NCBI GenBank assembly: GCA_023213195.1
Contig: CP096135.1
Coordinates: 558,548-622,547, forward strand
Source: Sphingobacteriales bacterium JAD_PAG50586_3
GTDB lineage: Bacteria; Bacteroidota; Bacteroidia; CAMBQF01
Direction of reading: 5' to 3'
Length of the DNA stretch: 64,000 nt
In this document: positions 10,343 to 21,717 of the stretch, piece after piece
Numbering within the stretch: position 1 is the stretch's first letter
Layout of the letters: each line of letters begins with the position of its first letter
Program-made: the position numbers and the translations under genes
Notes under the pieces: model-generated
Databases searched by the model: none
What the model was told of the DNA's origin: nothing
Seen by the model: only the letters and a program-made list of their open reading frames with translations

Positions 10343-11599
10343 TTAATGGTTATCCTCCTTGATTAATAAGTAGTTTGCAATCCATTGGAAAGCAACAAAC
10401 CCCAAAAAGAAGATTGCCGACATTGAGTTAATTATAATACCGGTAGAAAAAGTCTGCATAATTGCAATAATACCAACCACAGCAAGGGCTACAGCATAAA
10501 TTAATAATGCATATTGATTTTTTGAAGGACTAAACATCGTACCTAAAGGCAGCATCATTATAAAGCCGAATGCCGTAATTGTTAGCATTTTTTCGTCAGA
10601 TAAGGCAAGGTATAATACAAGCCCGGTAATGGATATGGCAGCGCTTAACGCTACAAAGTTCGAGCTCATTTTCTCTTTTTTATCCAACAGCAATTGCCCA
10701 TATTTATTAAACCTTAGAAATAAATTACTTATAGGCTCCATTATCCAGGTTGAAAAAGCAATGACGCCCAGTCCTATAATCAGAGGCATTAAATAAGGTT
10801 GAAGTGTTGGGTTGGTGCGGGCCAAGATTCTTAATGCCCTGAAACCAATGAAAAAACCAATTATAACGCCCCACTGATATTTAGCAGTCATGTTGCTCAT
10901 CCAAAAGGAATACTTCAGAAACATGCGGTAAACAGGGTTTGCTGCTTTTATTGCTTCAAGCATTCCCGCTTGGGCATAGTCAAAATTCGGGTCGTTTGCT
11001 AGGGCTTCTTTAAAATGTTCCAACGCTTTTTTATGGTCGCCTTTTTCAAGCAAACCCCACCCATAATTGGTGTGGGTATATGCGTTGTTGGGGTCGTTTC
11101 TTAATGCGCCTTCAATGGTTTCAAAAGATTCATCGGTTCTGTTTAACTTGTTTAATGCGCTGCTTCTTGTGTTAAGTGCCAGTATATTTTCAGCATCTAT
11201 TTCTAACGCTGTGTTTGCTGTTTCCAACGCCTCGCTATACTGCTTTCGCCCCAACCTGATATGTGCAAGCAATGCATAATAATCAGCATCGTAAGGGTCT
11301 AGTTCTATGGCCTGGCTGATAGAGTCTTGAGCTTCGTCCCATTGGTCTTGGTGAAGCGCAATGCGGGATTTAATATAAAACAAATGCGGTTCATCGGGCG
11401 ACAGCCCTATTGCATGGTTTATTATACTATGTGCGTTATCATATTTGTCTTGTTGAAAGTTGACCTCAGCAAGCAATGACAGAAAATGAATATTGTTGGA
11501 ATCGCCTGCCAGTAAGTCGGAAAGGATACTTTCCGCGTCAGCAAATTTTTTCTGTTGAATAAGAATTTCAACTTTAGATAGTCTGTGGTCTTCTGCCAT
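10343..11599 (-). CDS. TPR-repeat protein with C-terminal multi-pass membrane domain
   Basis: About 6 TPR-like repeats in the N-terminal half, then about 6 hydrophobic helices (WGVIIGFFIG..., LMPLIIGLGVIAF..., FFLGFVAFQW). Confidence 0.8.
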   Translation of the reverse strand: MAEDHRLSKVEILIQQKKFADAESILSDLLAGDSNNIHFLSLLAEVNFQQDKYDNAHSIINHAIGLSPDEPHLFYIKSRIALHQDQWDEAQDSISQAIELDPYDADYYALLAHIRLGRKQYSEALETANTALEIDAENILALNTRSSALNKLNRTDESFETIEGALRNDPNNAYTHTNYGWGLLEKGDHKKALEHFKEALANDPNFDYAQAGMLEAIKAANPVYRMFLKYSFWMSNMTAKYQWGVIIGFFIGFRALRILARTNPTLQPYLMPLIIGLGVIAFSTWIMEPISNLFLRFNKYGQLLLDKKEKMSSNFVALSAAISITGLVLYLALSDEKMLTITAFGFIMMLPLGTMFSPSKNQYALLIYAVALAVVGIIAIMQTFSTGIIINSMSAIFFLGFVAFQWIANYLLIKEDNH

Positions 11600-11600
11600 A

Positions 11601-12906
11601 TTACTTTTTAATTTTCATGTAAGTCAGAATGTCATCGTATAACCCTGAATTATTTGCAAATAGTGCAAAGTTCTTGGCTGTAGAAAACCACTCTTGTGTG
11701 CTTGGTTTATGTTTCTTTAAAGCATTGATTAAATCGCTTGTTTCAAGTGGCTTCGGAATGCCATCACTAAATGAAGATTCAAGCTTTTGCTCAATGGCTA
11801 TATCTATAATAGCATCAATATCAGCCCCCGAATAATTTTCAGCTTTCTTCGCAATGCTTTGTATATCAATTATTCCTGTGGGTTTGTTGTTGAGTTTTAA
11901 TTGAAGTATCGACTCTCTTGTTGTTACATCAGGTGGAGGAACAAACACAATTCTATCAAACCTTCCCGGCCTCCTAAATGCAGGGTCTAAATTCCACGGT
12001 GTGTTGGTGGCACCAATTATTAAAACGCCATCGTTTGTATTATCAATTCCATCAAGTTCTTGTAAAAATTGATTTATAAGGTGCCTGCCGCTTGATTGTT
12101 TCATGTCGCTTCTACTAGCGCCTAAAGCATCAATTTCATCAATAAATAAAACGCATGGCGTATTGTTTCTTGCCAATTCAAATATCTCGTGCAGGTTTTT
12201 TCGCTGTTCCCTACCCACATATCTAAAATATCATTCAGGCTAACGCTTATAAATTTTGCATTTACTTGCCCTGCTGTTGCTTTAGCAATAAATGTTTTAC
12301 CGCAGCCCGGTGGCCCATAAAGCAAAATACCACCGCCAATTTTTTGCCGTAGGCTTTGTAAAGTTCAGGGTGAAGCAGGGGTTTAATAATTTTTAATTCA
12401 ATTTCCTTTTTTACCGCATCCATTCCACCTACATCACTAAAATTGATAGTTGGTTTTTGCAAAAAGCGGTTATCGGTTTCTTCTTCTGTTTCTGTAACCT
12501 TATTGCTACCTCTTTGGCGCAATTGGCTGTCCAGTTCTTCATCAAAGTAACTTTTGTCAATAGCCAAAGCTTTTTTGTAAGCCTCAATGGCTTTAGGTAT
12601 TGAATTTTCTTTTAAAAGGCCCTTTGCATAAAGTGTATAAACACTTATTTCATTTGTCCCCTTTTCAATTACTTCTTCTAAAACAACATTGCAGGCCGAG
12701 TAACTACCCTTTTTAAAAAATACAGTAGCAAGCCCCACTTTAGCTTTAGTAATATTAGATATTTTAAGAAGAGTTGAATATGCTGTTTCAGCTTCTTCAA
12801 GCCTGTTCAAAGACAATAACGTATCTGCCAGTAAAAGACGTAAAGGTGTATTATCGGGCGAGTGTTTTAATGCCTCGCGTAAGCTCTCTATGGTAATGTC
12901 GTTCAT
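11601..12906 (-). CDS. AAA+ ATPase with N-terminal TPR domain, split by two homopolymer slips
   Basis: Walker A GPPGCGKT, pore loop DMWVGNSE, Walker B LFIDEID, SRH ATNTPWNLDPAFRRPGRFD, YSGADI. Confidence 0.88.
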
Positions 12907-12997
12907 GTTTTGCAATTTAGTGGCAATCAATAACTGCTAATATAAATAGAATGTTATTCTTGACAAAGGGGTATGTGGGGTTGTATCTTTGTATAAA

Positions 12998-13115
12998 TCC
13001 CGACGATAAATGTCGGGACAAGCCTAAAAACTACTTATTATGCCGCAAAAATCCCTCGTCTTTTGACTATGTCAATCCCGATAGCTATCGGGACCACTCC
13101 CTTTAGAAAAGGGAG
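12998..13115. repeat. Cluster of REP-like palindromes
   Basis: TCCCGAC-gataaat-GTCGGGA (12998-13018), perfect palindrome TCCCGATAGCTATCGGGA (13076-13093), CTCCCTTT-aga-AAAGGGAG (13097-13115). Confidence 0.75.
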
Positions 13116-13464
13116 ACCTTAAAAAATGAAACTAAACTATGCCTGTAGAAAAGTGTATGAAATCAAGGTTCATTTTGCAATTTTTTCTTACAGCCCCATG
13201 GCTTAAATAAAGGTAAACTACTTGACAAAATGTAAAGAAATAGAATGTCAGGATTTATCGGCCGATTTAAGGATTGGAAATATAATTTGTCAAGTTCATT
13301 TTGTAAAAAATATTTACAGCCATATGGGCTAAACATGGGTGCGTTTTTTGGGAACTTGTCGGTTTTTTTAAGGTATAAGTGGAAATGTGGGCTTTGGCAA
13401 TTTGAAAACGAAAAATAAGCAACAACTAACTGTAAAACACTGAACTCCTTAACTATTATTATAT

Positions 13465-15136
13465 TTGCAAAAAAGCTTAGCATTGAAAAGAATACTATCC
13501 GCGTTGTTTTGCCTGCTAACGTTAGCACTTAGCGCCCAGCAAGACACTACAAAAAAAGGCTTAGACTTAGGCCAGATACATGGCAACTTCCAGGCCGATT
13601 TTCAATACTACAATACCGATACCCTTATTGGCGCTCCTGTAGTGCCGGAGAAGATTCGCTCTAACGGGTTTATGAACCTTATATACACCCGCGGCAACTT
13701 TACAGCAGGCGTGCGTTTTGAGAGTTACTTAAACGTTTTGCAGGGCTTTGACCCTCGCTATAAAGGTACCGGCATTGCCAACCGCTTTGCCTCTTATATT
13801 TATGATGGGCTGGAGATTACCGCAGGCAATTTTTATGAGCAGTTTGGCACCGGCATGGTGCTGCGCGCCTACTGGGAACCTAACCTGGGCGTTGATAATT
13901 CTTTTGATGGGGTGCGTGTTAAATTTACCCCCACACCTTGGCATATACACTAAGCTATTGGTGGCTAAGCAGCGTACCTTTTTTGATAAAGGCCCGGGCA
14001 TTGTGCGCGCCGGCGATGCCGAGGTTAATTTTAATGAGCTGATTAAAAAATGGGAAGACAAAAAATTCAGGCTAACCCTTGGGGGCAGCGCTGTTAGCAT
14101 TTACCAGCAAGACGAAGACCCTATTTACATTTTACCCGAAAACCAGGCTGCTTTTGGTGGCCGCATGAATATTGGCTACGGCAAGTTTAACCTGTACTCT
14201 GAGTACTCCTATAAAATGAATGCCCCATCGGCCACCAACGGGTTCATATATCGCCCCGGCTAAGGCGTTGTTGCTTAACGCATCGTACTCGCAAAAAGGC
14301 TTTAGCGTTTTGTTGGGGGTTAAAAGGTTAGATAATATGGATTATCGCTCAGACCGCACAGCTACGCTTACCAACCTTACCACTAATTTTTTACCTGCCC
14401 TTACGCGCCAGCATATATACAACTTAGCGGCTACTATTTACCCTTACGGCACGGTGCCCAATGGCGAAATGGCTTACCAGGGCGATATATCTTACAAAAT
14501 TAAAAAAGGCACATTGCTGGGCGGCAAATACGGTACAGATTTAACGTTGAACATTGCAGGGGTAAATGATATTGAACGTACTGCCGCCCCTAACGATACC
14601 TTTGGCTACGAGTCGAGGTTTTTTGATGTAAGCAAAACAGTTTTGTTCCGCGATATAAACCTTGAAATTTCGCATAAGTGGAATAAGGATTTTAAAACCA
14701 CACTTATGTATATGTACTTTGCGTATAACAAAGATATTGTGCAGTTTCAAAACTATGCCTCAAACTTTTACGGCATAGTGCGTGGTCATATTGTTGTGGC
14801 TGATATCAACTACAAATTCAGTAAAAAAGTAGGCCTGCATGCCGAGCTGCAAAACCTCTATACCAAGCAAGATTTGGGTAGTTGGGCTATGATATTGGCA
14901 GAGGTTTCTTTTGCCCCACACTGGTTTGTAGCCGTGCTAGACCAGTACAACTATGGAAACTACGATAAAACACAGCGTATACATTACGTAACAGGCTCTG
15001 TTGTTTATACCCGTGGTGCGCACCGCTTTGCTGCTACGTATGGCCGCCAGCGTGCCGGTATTTTCTGTGTGGGGGTGTTTGCCGTAACGTGCCTGCATCA
15101 AACGGCCTAACGCTATCGGTAAGCTCTAGCTTTTAA
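13465..15136 (+). CDS. DUF6029-like outer-membrane beta-barrel protein, split by three apparent errors
   Basis: Signal peptide, GNFYEQFGTG, C-terminal GRQRAGIFCVGGVCRNVPASNGLTLSVSSSF* after correction. Breaks at 13936, 14260 (CCWGG) and about 15073 (poly-G). Confidence 0.75.
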
Positions 15137-15505
15137 TTATAAACTAGGGGTTTCTCTAATCCAGTCTATAATAAGGGGTACAGCTGTAGGGCCTGTAAAA
15201 TATTCTTCCATATCATCATCGCCCTGCTTATAAAACTTAGAGTTGATAGTAGTTTTTGTTTCGGAATTAAACCGGCTAAAAGTCATTGCTTTAGACGTAA
15301 CAACAACATCGGTTATATTATACATTTCACCATCTTCAAGGCTCCATTGCTTTACCTGGTAGCGGTCGTAAACGTCTTTATATACCACCATAGATGTGTT
15401 GGTTTCAGGGTTTGTCCAATGCCCTAAAAACACATCGCCTGTATCTTGCCCCGCTACTTGGAGCGACAGTAATAAGCCTATTAATATGGATAGTATGGTT
15501 TTCAA
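15137..15505 (-). CDS. Small secreted hypothetical protein
   Basis: Signal peptide; FLGHWTN beta-rich domain; overlaps the hldD stop by 4 nt. Confidence 0.6.
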   Translation of the reverse strand: MKTILSILIGLLLSLQVAGQDTGDVFLGHWTNPETNTSMVVYKDVYDRYQVKQWSLEDGEMYNITDVVVTSKAMTFSRFNSETKTTINSKFYKQGDDDMEEYFTGPTAVPLIIDWIRETPSL

Positions 15506-16455
15506 TTTTCTAAATAATCTTGTACATATTCTCTTACACCATCTTCAAGCGTGGTAAATAGGGTGTTATATCCTATACCGTGTAGCTTTGCCATTGTTGC
15601 CTGTGTGTAGTATTGGTATTTATCCCTAATATCAACAGGGGTGTCTATAAATTCTATTTTAGGTTCAAGCCCTAAAGCCTCGTAAGTAGCGTTAGTTAGT
15701 GCGGTAAAGGTGCGGGCAACGCCTGTACCTAAATTGTAAATGCCGCTGTTTTTACGGTGTAGCATAAGCCAAAAGCATACGTTTACAACATCTTTAACAT
15801 ACACAAAATCGCGCAATTGGCCCCCGTCGGGGTAGTTGGGGTTGTGGCTGCGGAATAACTTTACAACACCATTTTTCTTTATTTGGTTGTAAGAATGGAA
15901 TATTACCGATGCCATGCGGCCTTTATGGCTTTCGCCGGGTCCATACACGTTAAAAAATTTAAGCCCTACCCAAAAATAAGGTTTCTCAGGTTGCTTTAGC
16001 GCCCATTTATCAAAGTTGTTCTTGCTCTCGCCGTAGGGGTTTAAGGGCACAAGTTTGGGTATTATATTTTCATCATCGGCATAGCCTAAATCGCCATTGC
16101 CATACGTGGCGGCAGACGATGCATAAACCAGCGGCAGGCCAAACTCCACACATAGTTTCCATACCTCTTTGGTATAGTCAAGGTTAAGCTTGTTAAACAC
16201 CTCTACATCAAACTCGGTAGTATCTGTGCGCGCACCAATGTGAAAAATAAACTGTACCAGCTTGTGGTTCTCTTTCAGCCAATAAGAAAAATCATCACGG
16301 TGAACACGTTTGGTAATAATTTTATGTTCAAGGTTCGGGGCTTTGGCCGGGGTAGAAAAATCATCTACAGCTATAATATCATTATAGCCTTCATCATTCA
16401 ACTTACCAATTAAGTTGCTGCCAATAAAACCTGCTGCGCCCGTAACAATTATCAT
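15502..16455 (-). CDS. hldD: ADP-L-glycero-D-manno-heptose 6-epimerase
   Basis: MIIVTGAAGFIGSN, YASSAATYG, PLNPYGESK, FFNVYGPGESHKGRMASV, YQYYTQA. Confidence 0.93.
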   Translation of the reverse strand: MIIVTGAAGFIGSNLIGKLNDEGYNDIIAVDDFSTPAKAPNLEHKIITKRVHRDDFSYWLKENHKLVQFIFHIGARTDTTEFDVEVFNKLNLDYTKEVWKLCVEFGLPLVYASSAATYGNGDLGYADDENIIPKLVPLNPYGESKNNFDKWALKQPEKPYFWVGLKFFNVYGPGESHKGRMASVIFHSYNQIKKNGVVKLFRSHNPNYPDGGQLRDFVYVKDVVNVCFWLMLHRKNSGIYNLGTGVARTFTALTNATYEALGLEPKIEFIDTPVDIRDKYQYYTQATMAKLHGIGYNTLFTTLEDGVREYVQDYLEN

Positions 16456-16571
16456 GTGGCAAATATATTCGTTTTGGTTATTAATTTTCTTCTTAAAACA
16501 ACGGTTTACAGGCTATTTCGACCAATGGTGAAAATACATCGATGTCTTGTAAGTAGAAAACAAAGAAACAC

Positions 16572-17399
16572 TTACATAAATAGTTGAAGGTTATTTTCCG
16601 GAATAATCCTGTTCATCTTACCAATTTCAAACAGGGTTTCTACAGCCTGTTTACCTTCCTCACCCAGGTTTATAGAGTATTTATTTACATACAGGTTTAT
16701 ATGCTGTTCTATAACGCTGTCTTCCATCTCTTGCGAGTGCTCTTTTACATAGCTGCGGCTGCTCTCAGGGTTAGCAAAGGCATACTCTATACTTTGGCGT
16801 ATTAGTGCATCCACCTTATGTTGTACATCGCTATCAATAGCACGCTTAATAAAAATGCCGCCCAGCGGAATTGGGGAATGGGTTTTAGTTTCCCATTCCT
16901 CGCCTAAATCAGTAACCTTAAATAAGCCTTTTTTCTGGTAGGTAAAACGGTTTTCGTGAATGATAAGCCCCATGTCTACACTTCCGTCTGCTACCGCGCC
17001 TTCAATGCCCGAAAATATCTTCTCTTCCTTGTTATTAGCCTTAGGGTAAAGTACGCCCAATAGAAAGTTGGCCGTTGTCATTTTACCGGGAATAGCAATG
17101 CGCGATGTTTCTATGTCTTCTTTTTGTAAAGGGCTGCGTGCAATAAGCATAGGCCCGCAATTGTTGCCCAACGCGCTGCCTGAGTTTAACAACACATAGT
17201 TTTGTATACAGTATGCGTATGCATGAAAGCTAAGCTTGGTAATATCCAACTTACCCTCCATAGCCCAACGGTTAAGTTGCTCCACATCGGCATACACCAC
17301 TTCAAAATCAATGCCTTGGGTATCAATTTTCTTGTTAACCAAAGCATCAAAAATAAACGTGTCGTTTGGGCATGGCGAAAAGCCAAGTGTTAACTTCAT
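16572..17399 (-). CDS. mqnD: 1,4-dihydroxy-6-naphthoate synthase (futalosine menaquinone pathway)
   Basis: GFSPCPNDTFIF, GLIIHENRFTY, PIPLGG, HINLYVN. Confidence 0.93.
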   Translation of the reverse strand: MKLTLGFSPCPNDTFIFDALVNKKIDTQGIDFEVVYADVEQLNRWAMEGKLDITKLSFHAYAYCIQNYVLLNSGSALGNNCGPMLIARSPLQKEDIETSRIAIPGKMTTANFLLGVLYPKANNKEEKIFSGIEGAVADGSVDMGLIIHENRFTYQKKGLFKVTDLGEEWETKTHSPIPLGGIFIKRAIDSDVQHKVDALIRQSIEYAFANPESSRSYVKEHSQEMEDSVIEQHINLYVNKYSINLGEEGKQAVETLFEIGKMNRIIPENNLQLFM

Positions 17400-18010
17400 T
17401 TGAGTAGTGTAATTAAATACTCGTTCAAATTTTTAATAGCCAAACCCATTTGCCAATGCTCTTTATTGCGTGGCTCTACGTAGTTAGATGCTGCCCTTAT
17501 TTGCACATACTTAGCGTTTTCCATTTCGCATACATACGCAAAGGCCGCACCTTCCATACTCTCGGTAACTGGTTTGTACTTTTCAAGTAACATATCAACC
17601 CCTTGTTGGTTCCCGGTAACGGTATTTACCGTAATACCTACTACTTCTTCAAGGTTGCCAAAGGGGGCATGACTAAAGTTGATGATTAGTCCATCGGTAA
17701 AAGGCTTTTCATTCTTATCAATAAGCCCAAGCCCAAAAGCATCAATAAATTTACCATTATCATCGGCCCCTAAATCGGCAAAGGCATCAACAGAAATATT
17801 AAACAGCGTGCCTAAATTGTGCTCCCTGCTAAAGCACCCGCAAACTCCTGCGTTTATTATAAAATCGTAATGGTTTGCAGCCAAGTGTTTGCCCAACTTA
17901 TAGGCGGTGTTTACCATGCCCACACCCGTTACCAAAAACTCAACATTGGGCAGGGCTTCTTTAGCCTGCACAATCTCCATTTCGGTAGCTGCTACTACAA
18001 GGGTCTTCAT
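17396..18010 (-). CDS. mqnB: Futalosine hydrolase
   Basis: LVVAATEME, TGVGMVNTA, ESMEGAAF, IRAASNYVEPRN..W; coupled to mqnD. Confidence 0.88.
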   Translation of the reverse strand: MKTLVVAATEMEIVQAKEALPNVEFLVTGVGMVNTAYKLGKHLAANHYDFIINAGVCGCFSREHNLGTLFNISVDAFADLGADDNGKFIDAFGLGLIDKNEKPFTDGLIINFSHAPFGNLEEVVGITVNTVTGNQQGVDMLLEKYKPVTESMEGAAFAYVCEMENAKYVQIRAASNYVEPRNKEHWQMGLAIKNLNEYLITLLK

Positions 18011-18109
18011 TCTTTATCTTTTTATCTCTTAATTCAACCAACTTGGCCCTCAGGCCTCCCCACTCAGCACTTGTCTTAACAACTTAGCCACTCGCCCCTT
18101 TGCAACTAA

Positions 18110-20604
18110 TTAAAAACCCTGTCCACCCCCACCATTATCCTGCATCTCGCTAGGGGCCGATTTTGGGCGCTTGCTTTGTGGTATAAGCTTACCAAACTTC
18201 CAGGTAACGCTAAGGTTTACCCACCGGGTTTCGCGCTTGCGCACCCCATCCTGGTTAAAGCCTATGCCCTCTGTTACATAACCAAACTGGCGCTGGTTAA
18301 ACACATCGCTTAGGCGGGCGGTAACACTCAGGCGGTCGTTCCAAAAATCGTATCGGGCCGATATGTCCATATTTTGGAAAGGTTTGATGTAGCCTTGCGT
18401 AAATACCCACGGAACACCCAGGCTGTAGCTAAGCTGCACATCAAGTCCTTTTAAAGGTTTAAAAGACATCATAGCACGGCCCATACCGCCCCAACGGCCT
18501 GCGCTTAAACCCTGTTGCAGGTTGCTAGCGTTTAGCTTGGTATAAAAAGCGCCTCCATTTAGGTTAATCCTCCACCATTTGGTAGCATCGTAGCGTACGG
18601 TTAAATCCATACCGCCAGAGTGTGATGTGTTAAGGTTGTACGATGTAATACGGCTTACCCCAAGGCTGTCAACATCGCGAAAGCGGGTAAACACACCTGT
18701 AGTATAGCGGTAGTAAACAGACGGTGCTATGGTAACTTTTTTAGTAATTACCTGGGTAGAAAAATCAAAAGAGTTAACATATTCAGGGTTTAGGTATGGG
18801 TTGCCTACAAACAAAAAGTACGGGTCAGAGTAATCAGGGAAAGGGTTTAAATCCCACCCACGGGGGCGGTTTATACGGCGACTGTAGCTTAAGCCAAACT
18901 CTACCCCCTCGTTCATTTTATACTTTAAAAACGCGCTGGGGAAAAGGCTAAAATAGTTCCTGTCAAACTTTTGGTTTAATGTTATTTGGTTTACACTGTA
19001 AAAAGTTTGCTCTGCACGCAAGCCTGCGCTGTAGCCCAGTTTTTTATAGCCACCGGTAAATGTTCCGTAGGCTGAGTATACTTGGTCGCTGTAGGTAAAG
19101 CCGTTGTTCAGGTTAACATCGGGCGTGTAGTTGGTATTGTTTTCGTAGGCGCGTTTAGAGTAAAAGTTATAGTCCATTTTGCGGGCTATGGTTTTTAATC
19201 CGGCTTCAATTTTATAGCTATCGCCCAACTTCATGCTATAATCAGTTTGCCCCGTTAAAATCAGGTTTTTGCTGGTGTTTTGGGTAAGTTGGCTCATCCA
19301 GGGCTGGTTAGCAGCATCGTAATAGCTTTGCAAGGCGTCTAAAGAGTCGGTAGGTGCTGAGTACGATACGTAAAAATCGGCAGTGTAGTCAATACCCGGC
19401 TTGCGGAATGTACGGGCATAGTTTACCGATGCATCGTAGTTTATGCTCTGGTTAATGGTAGTGTTGTCGCGTGTAAAATAGTCCAACGTATCGCCGGCGC
19501 TATCGTACCAAAAATACTGTATCAGGTTGGGGCTGGTATTTTGTCTCCACGATGGGGTAAACGCCGCCGACAGCGTGTTAAACTTATTCATGTTCCAGTC
19601 TAAGGCAATACGCCCCATGTGCGACTCGTTAACAGAATACCCGTTGCTGGTTTGGTCCATAAAGTACAGCGTATCCAGCGAGTATTTGGTAATAGAACTG
19701 CCTAAGCTGAAAAAGCGTTGGTTCATATAATTGTAAGAGGCTGCAACGTTTAGCTTTTTGCCACGCACGTTTAGGTTTATGCCGCCATTGTATTTATCGC
19801 CATTGCCTACGGTAGCATTTACAGAGCCGTTAAAGCCGGGCTTATCATTCTTTTTAAGTATGATGTTGATTATGCCGCCCACACCATCAGGGTCGTACTT
19901 GGCCGATGGGTTGGTAATAATCTCTATACGGTCTATAGAACCCGCAGGCAGTTGGTCTAATGCCCCTGCCGCCGTCATGTTCGATGGTTTTCCGTCTATC
20001 AAAATATTAACGTTTGCCCCACGCAGGCTAATGTTTTTGTCTTGGTCTACCGTTACCGATGGTACGTTTTGCAGCACATCTACCGCACTGCCGCCGGTGT
20101 TAGAAAGGTCTTTGTCAACGTTATAAATCTTCTTATCTATCCCGTTTTGTATCATGCTTTTATCTGCCGCTACCTCAACAGTTTTAAGCTGTTTGCTGTT
20201 TGGCTTAATACTTATCTTATCAAAAAACTTCTCAGCCCCCTCGGCGACAGCATAAAGCTATCGGTTTGGGTTTCTAAGTAGCCAATAAAAGTTACCTTTA
20301 GCTTAAACAGGCCGGGCGGCAGCGCCTCTATCTGAAAATAGCCTTTATCATCAGTATACCCTCCACCTGCTACAGTTTTGTCTTTTGTTTTAATGACAGA
20401 TACTACCGCGTAGCTTATTGGTTTACCCGTTTCGCTATCTACCACGGTGCCCATAACCTTGCCTATGCCGGGCATTTGGCCACCGGGCGCGCCACCCTGT
20501 GGGGCACCTGTTTTGGGCGGCCCACCTGCCGGAGGTGTTTGTGCCCATGTATTCAATGTTATAGCTGTAAAGGCAGCTACAATAAGTAATTTAACTCGTA
20601 TCAA
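18110..20604 (-). CDS. TonB-dependent receptor / outer-membrane beta-barrel protein with N-terminal carboxypeptidase-regulatory-like domain (split near 20225)
   Basis: GGSAVDVLQNVPSVTVD, IEIITNPSAKYD plug, YSRRINRP, GNPYLNPE; N-terminal V.FIGY motif. Confidence 0.88.
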
Positions 20605-20671
20605 AATTTCTGTTGTTTATTGTTACTATTATCCCGTTGCGGGGATGTATTAAGCGGTGTTTTGGGGTGTG

Positions 20672-21079
20672 CTATTTCTTTAAAATTCCTTTGTCGGCAG
20701 AATATTTGCCGGGGCCGGTTATCAAAATCACTAAATAGCCTATTAAAAACATTAGGGCATGCTCGCCATCACCAAAAACATCATCGCCATGCGCGCCAAA
20801 AACAGCCACCGCCATGGTTATAACAAGGGCAGCAGCCGCAAAACGGGTAAATAGCCCGGCTGCCAAAAGGGCAGCGCAAACCAATTCGCCTAGTACTGCC
20901 AGTGCCAGGCTGGCTTCGGCACCAATGCCAATATCAAAAAACTTAATGTCGGCCCCACTGGTAAGCTTGCCCAGTTTACCCCAGCCGTGGTTTACAGCCA
21001 TTAGCCCGCCAAAGCTAAGGCGCAGTAGTAAAAGAGATAAATCAGGTGCATATAATCGGGTACTCAAAAACTTCTTCAT
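20672..21079 (-). CDS. DoxX family membrane protein
   Basis: LLLLRLSFGGLM..HG..KL, ELVCAALLAAGLFTRFAA, GPGKYSAD. Confidence 0.9.
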   Translation of the reverse strand: MKKFLSTRLYAPDLSLLLLRLSFGGLMAVNHGWGKLGKLTSGADIKFFDIGIGAEASLALAVLGELVCAALLAAGLFTRFAAAALVITMAVAVFGAHGDDVFGDGEHALMFLIGYLVILITGPGKYSADKGILKK

Positions 21080-21306
21080 ATTCAGGTTGGTGTTGCTACA
21101 TTAGTTTTGCAAAGGTCACACTTTATACCAAAAATTATACCCTTTATTGGTTTTATAATGGTCGATTTTATTACAACAGGGCAAAACCTGCTATAAATGG
21201 GTAGTTTTAAGCTACTTGGGGCGGTAAATCAAAACCCATGCTTTGTTTGTAATTCAAATTCTTCTATATTTGAAACCCTTATTGGAGTTTAACAGTAAAA
21301 TAGCCT

Positions 21307-21702
21307 ATGAAAAAATTTTTACACAGCAGTTTATTTCCCGGTGCCATTATGCTTTTTTTAGTGGCCACGTTTGTTTTTTCTTCTTGTAAAAAAGACCAAA
21401 CCTGTAAGGTGAAAGTTACCGTTACCGATACTATTGGCGCCAAACAACGCTATACCTGGGTAATACTTGATATACCTGAAAATACACCGCCAAGCCAAAC
21501 TGGCAATCCACCAAGCGATGTGTTCCCTTTACAATTAAACACCCTGACCGATGGCTACGTTGAGGCTGAGTTTAAGCTTCCGGCCATTATACAGGCTAAT
21601 ATTTACGACTCTAGCGATACGCAATTCCTAAACCCGCTTAAAAAGAAAATTATTAAGCTGGAAGCCGGAGAAACCGTTCAGGAAACGGTAGAGATTCAAT
21701 AA
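21307..21702 (+). CDS. Small lipoprotein, paralog 1 of 3
   Basis: Lipobox FSS-C then KKDQTC; FKLPAIIQA motif shared with neighbours. Confidence 0.75.
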   Translation: MKKFLHSSLFPGAIMLFLVATFVFSSCKKDQTCKVKVTVTDTIGAKQRYTWVILDIPENTPPSQTGNPPSDVFPLQLNTLTDGYVEAEFKLPAIIQANIYDSSDTQFLNPLKKKIIKLEAGETVQETVEIQ

Positions 21703-21717
21703 TTTTCAAAGCCCTTT

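Noticed and set aside
13163-13333. Possible degenerate CRISPR array
   Set aside because: Only two imperfect copies about 80 bp apart, and no cas genes.
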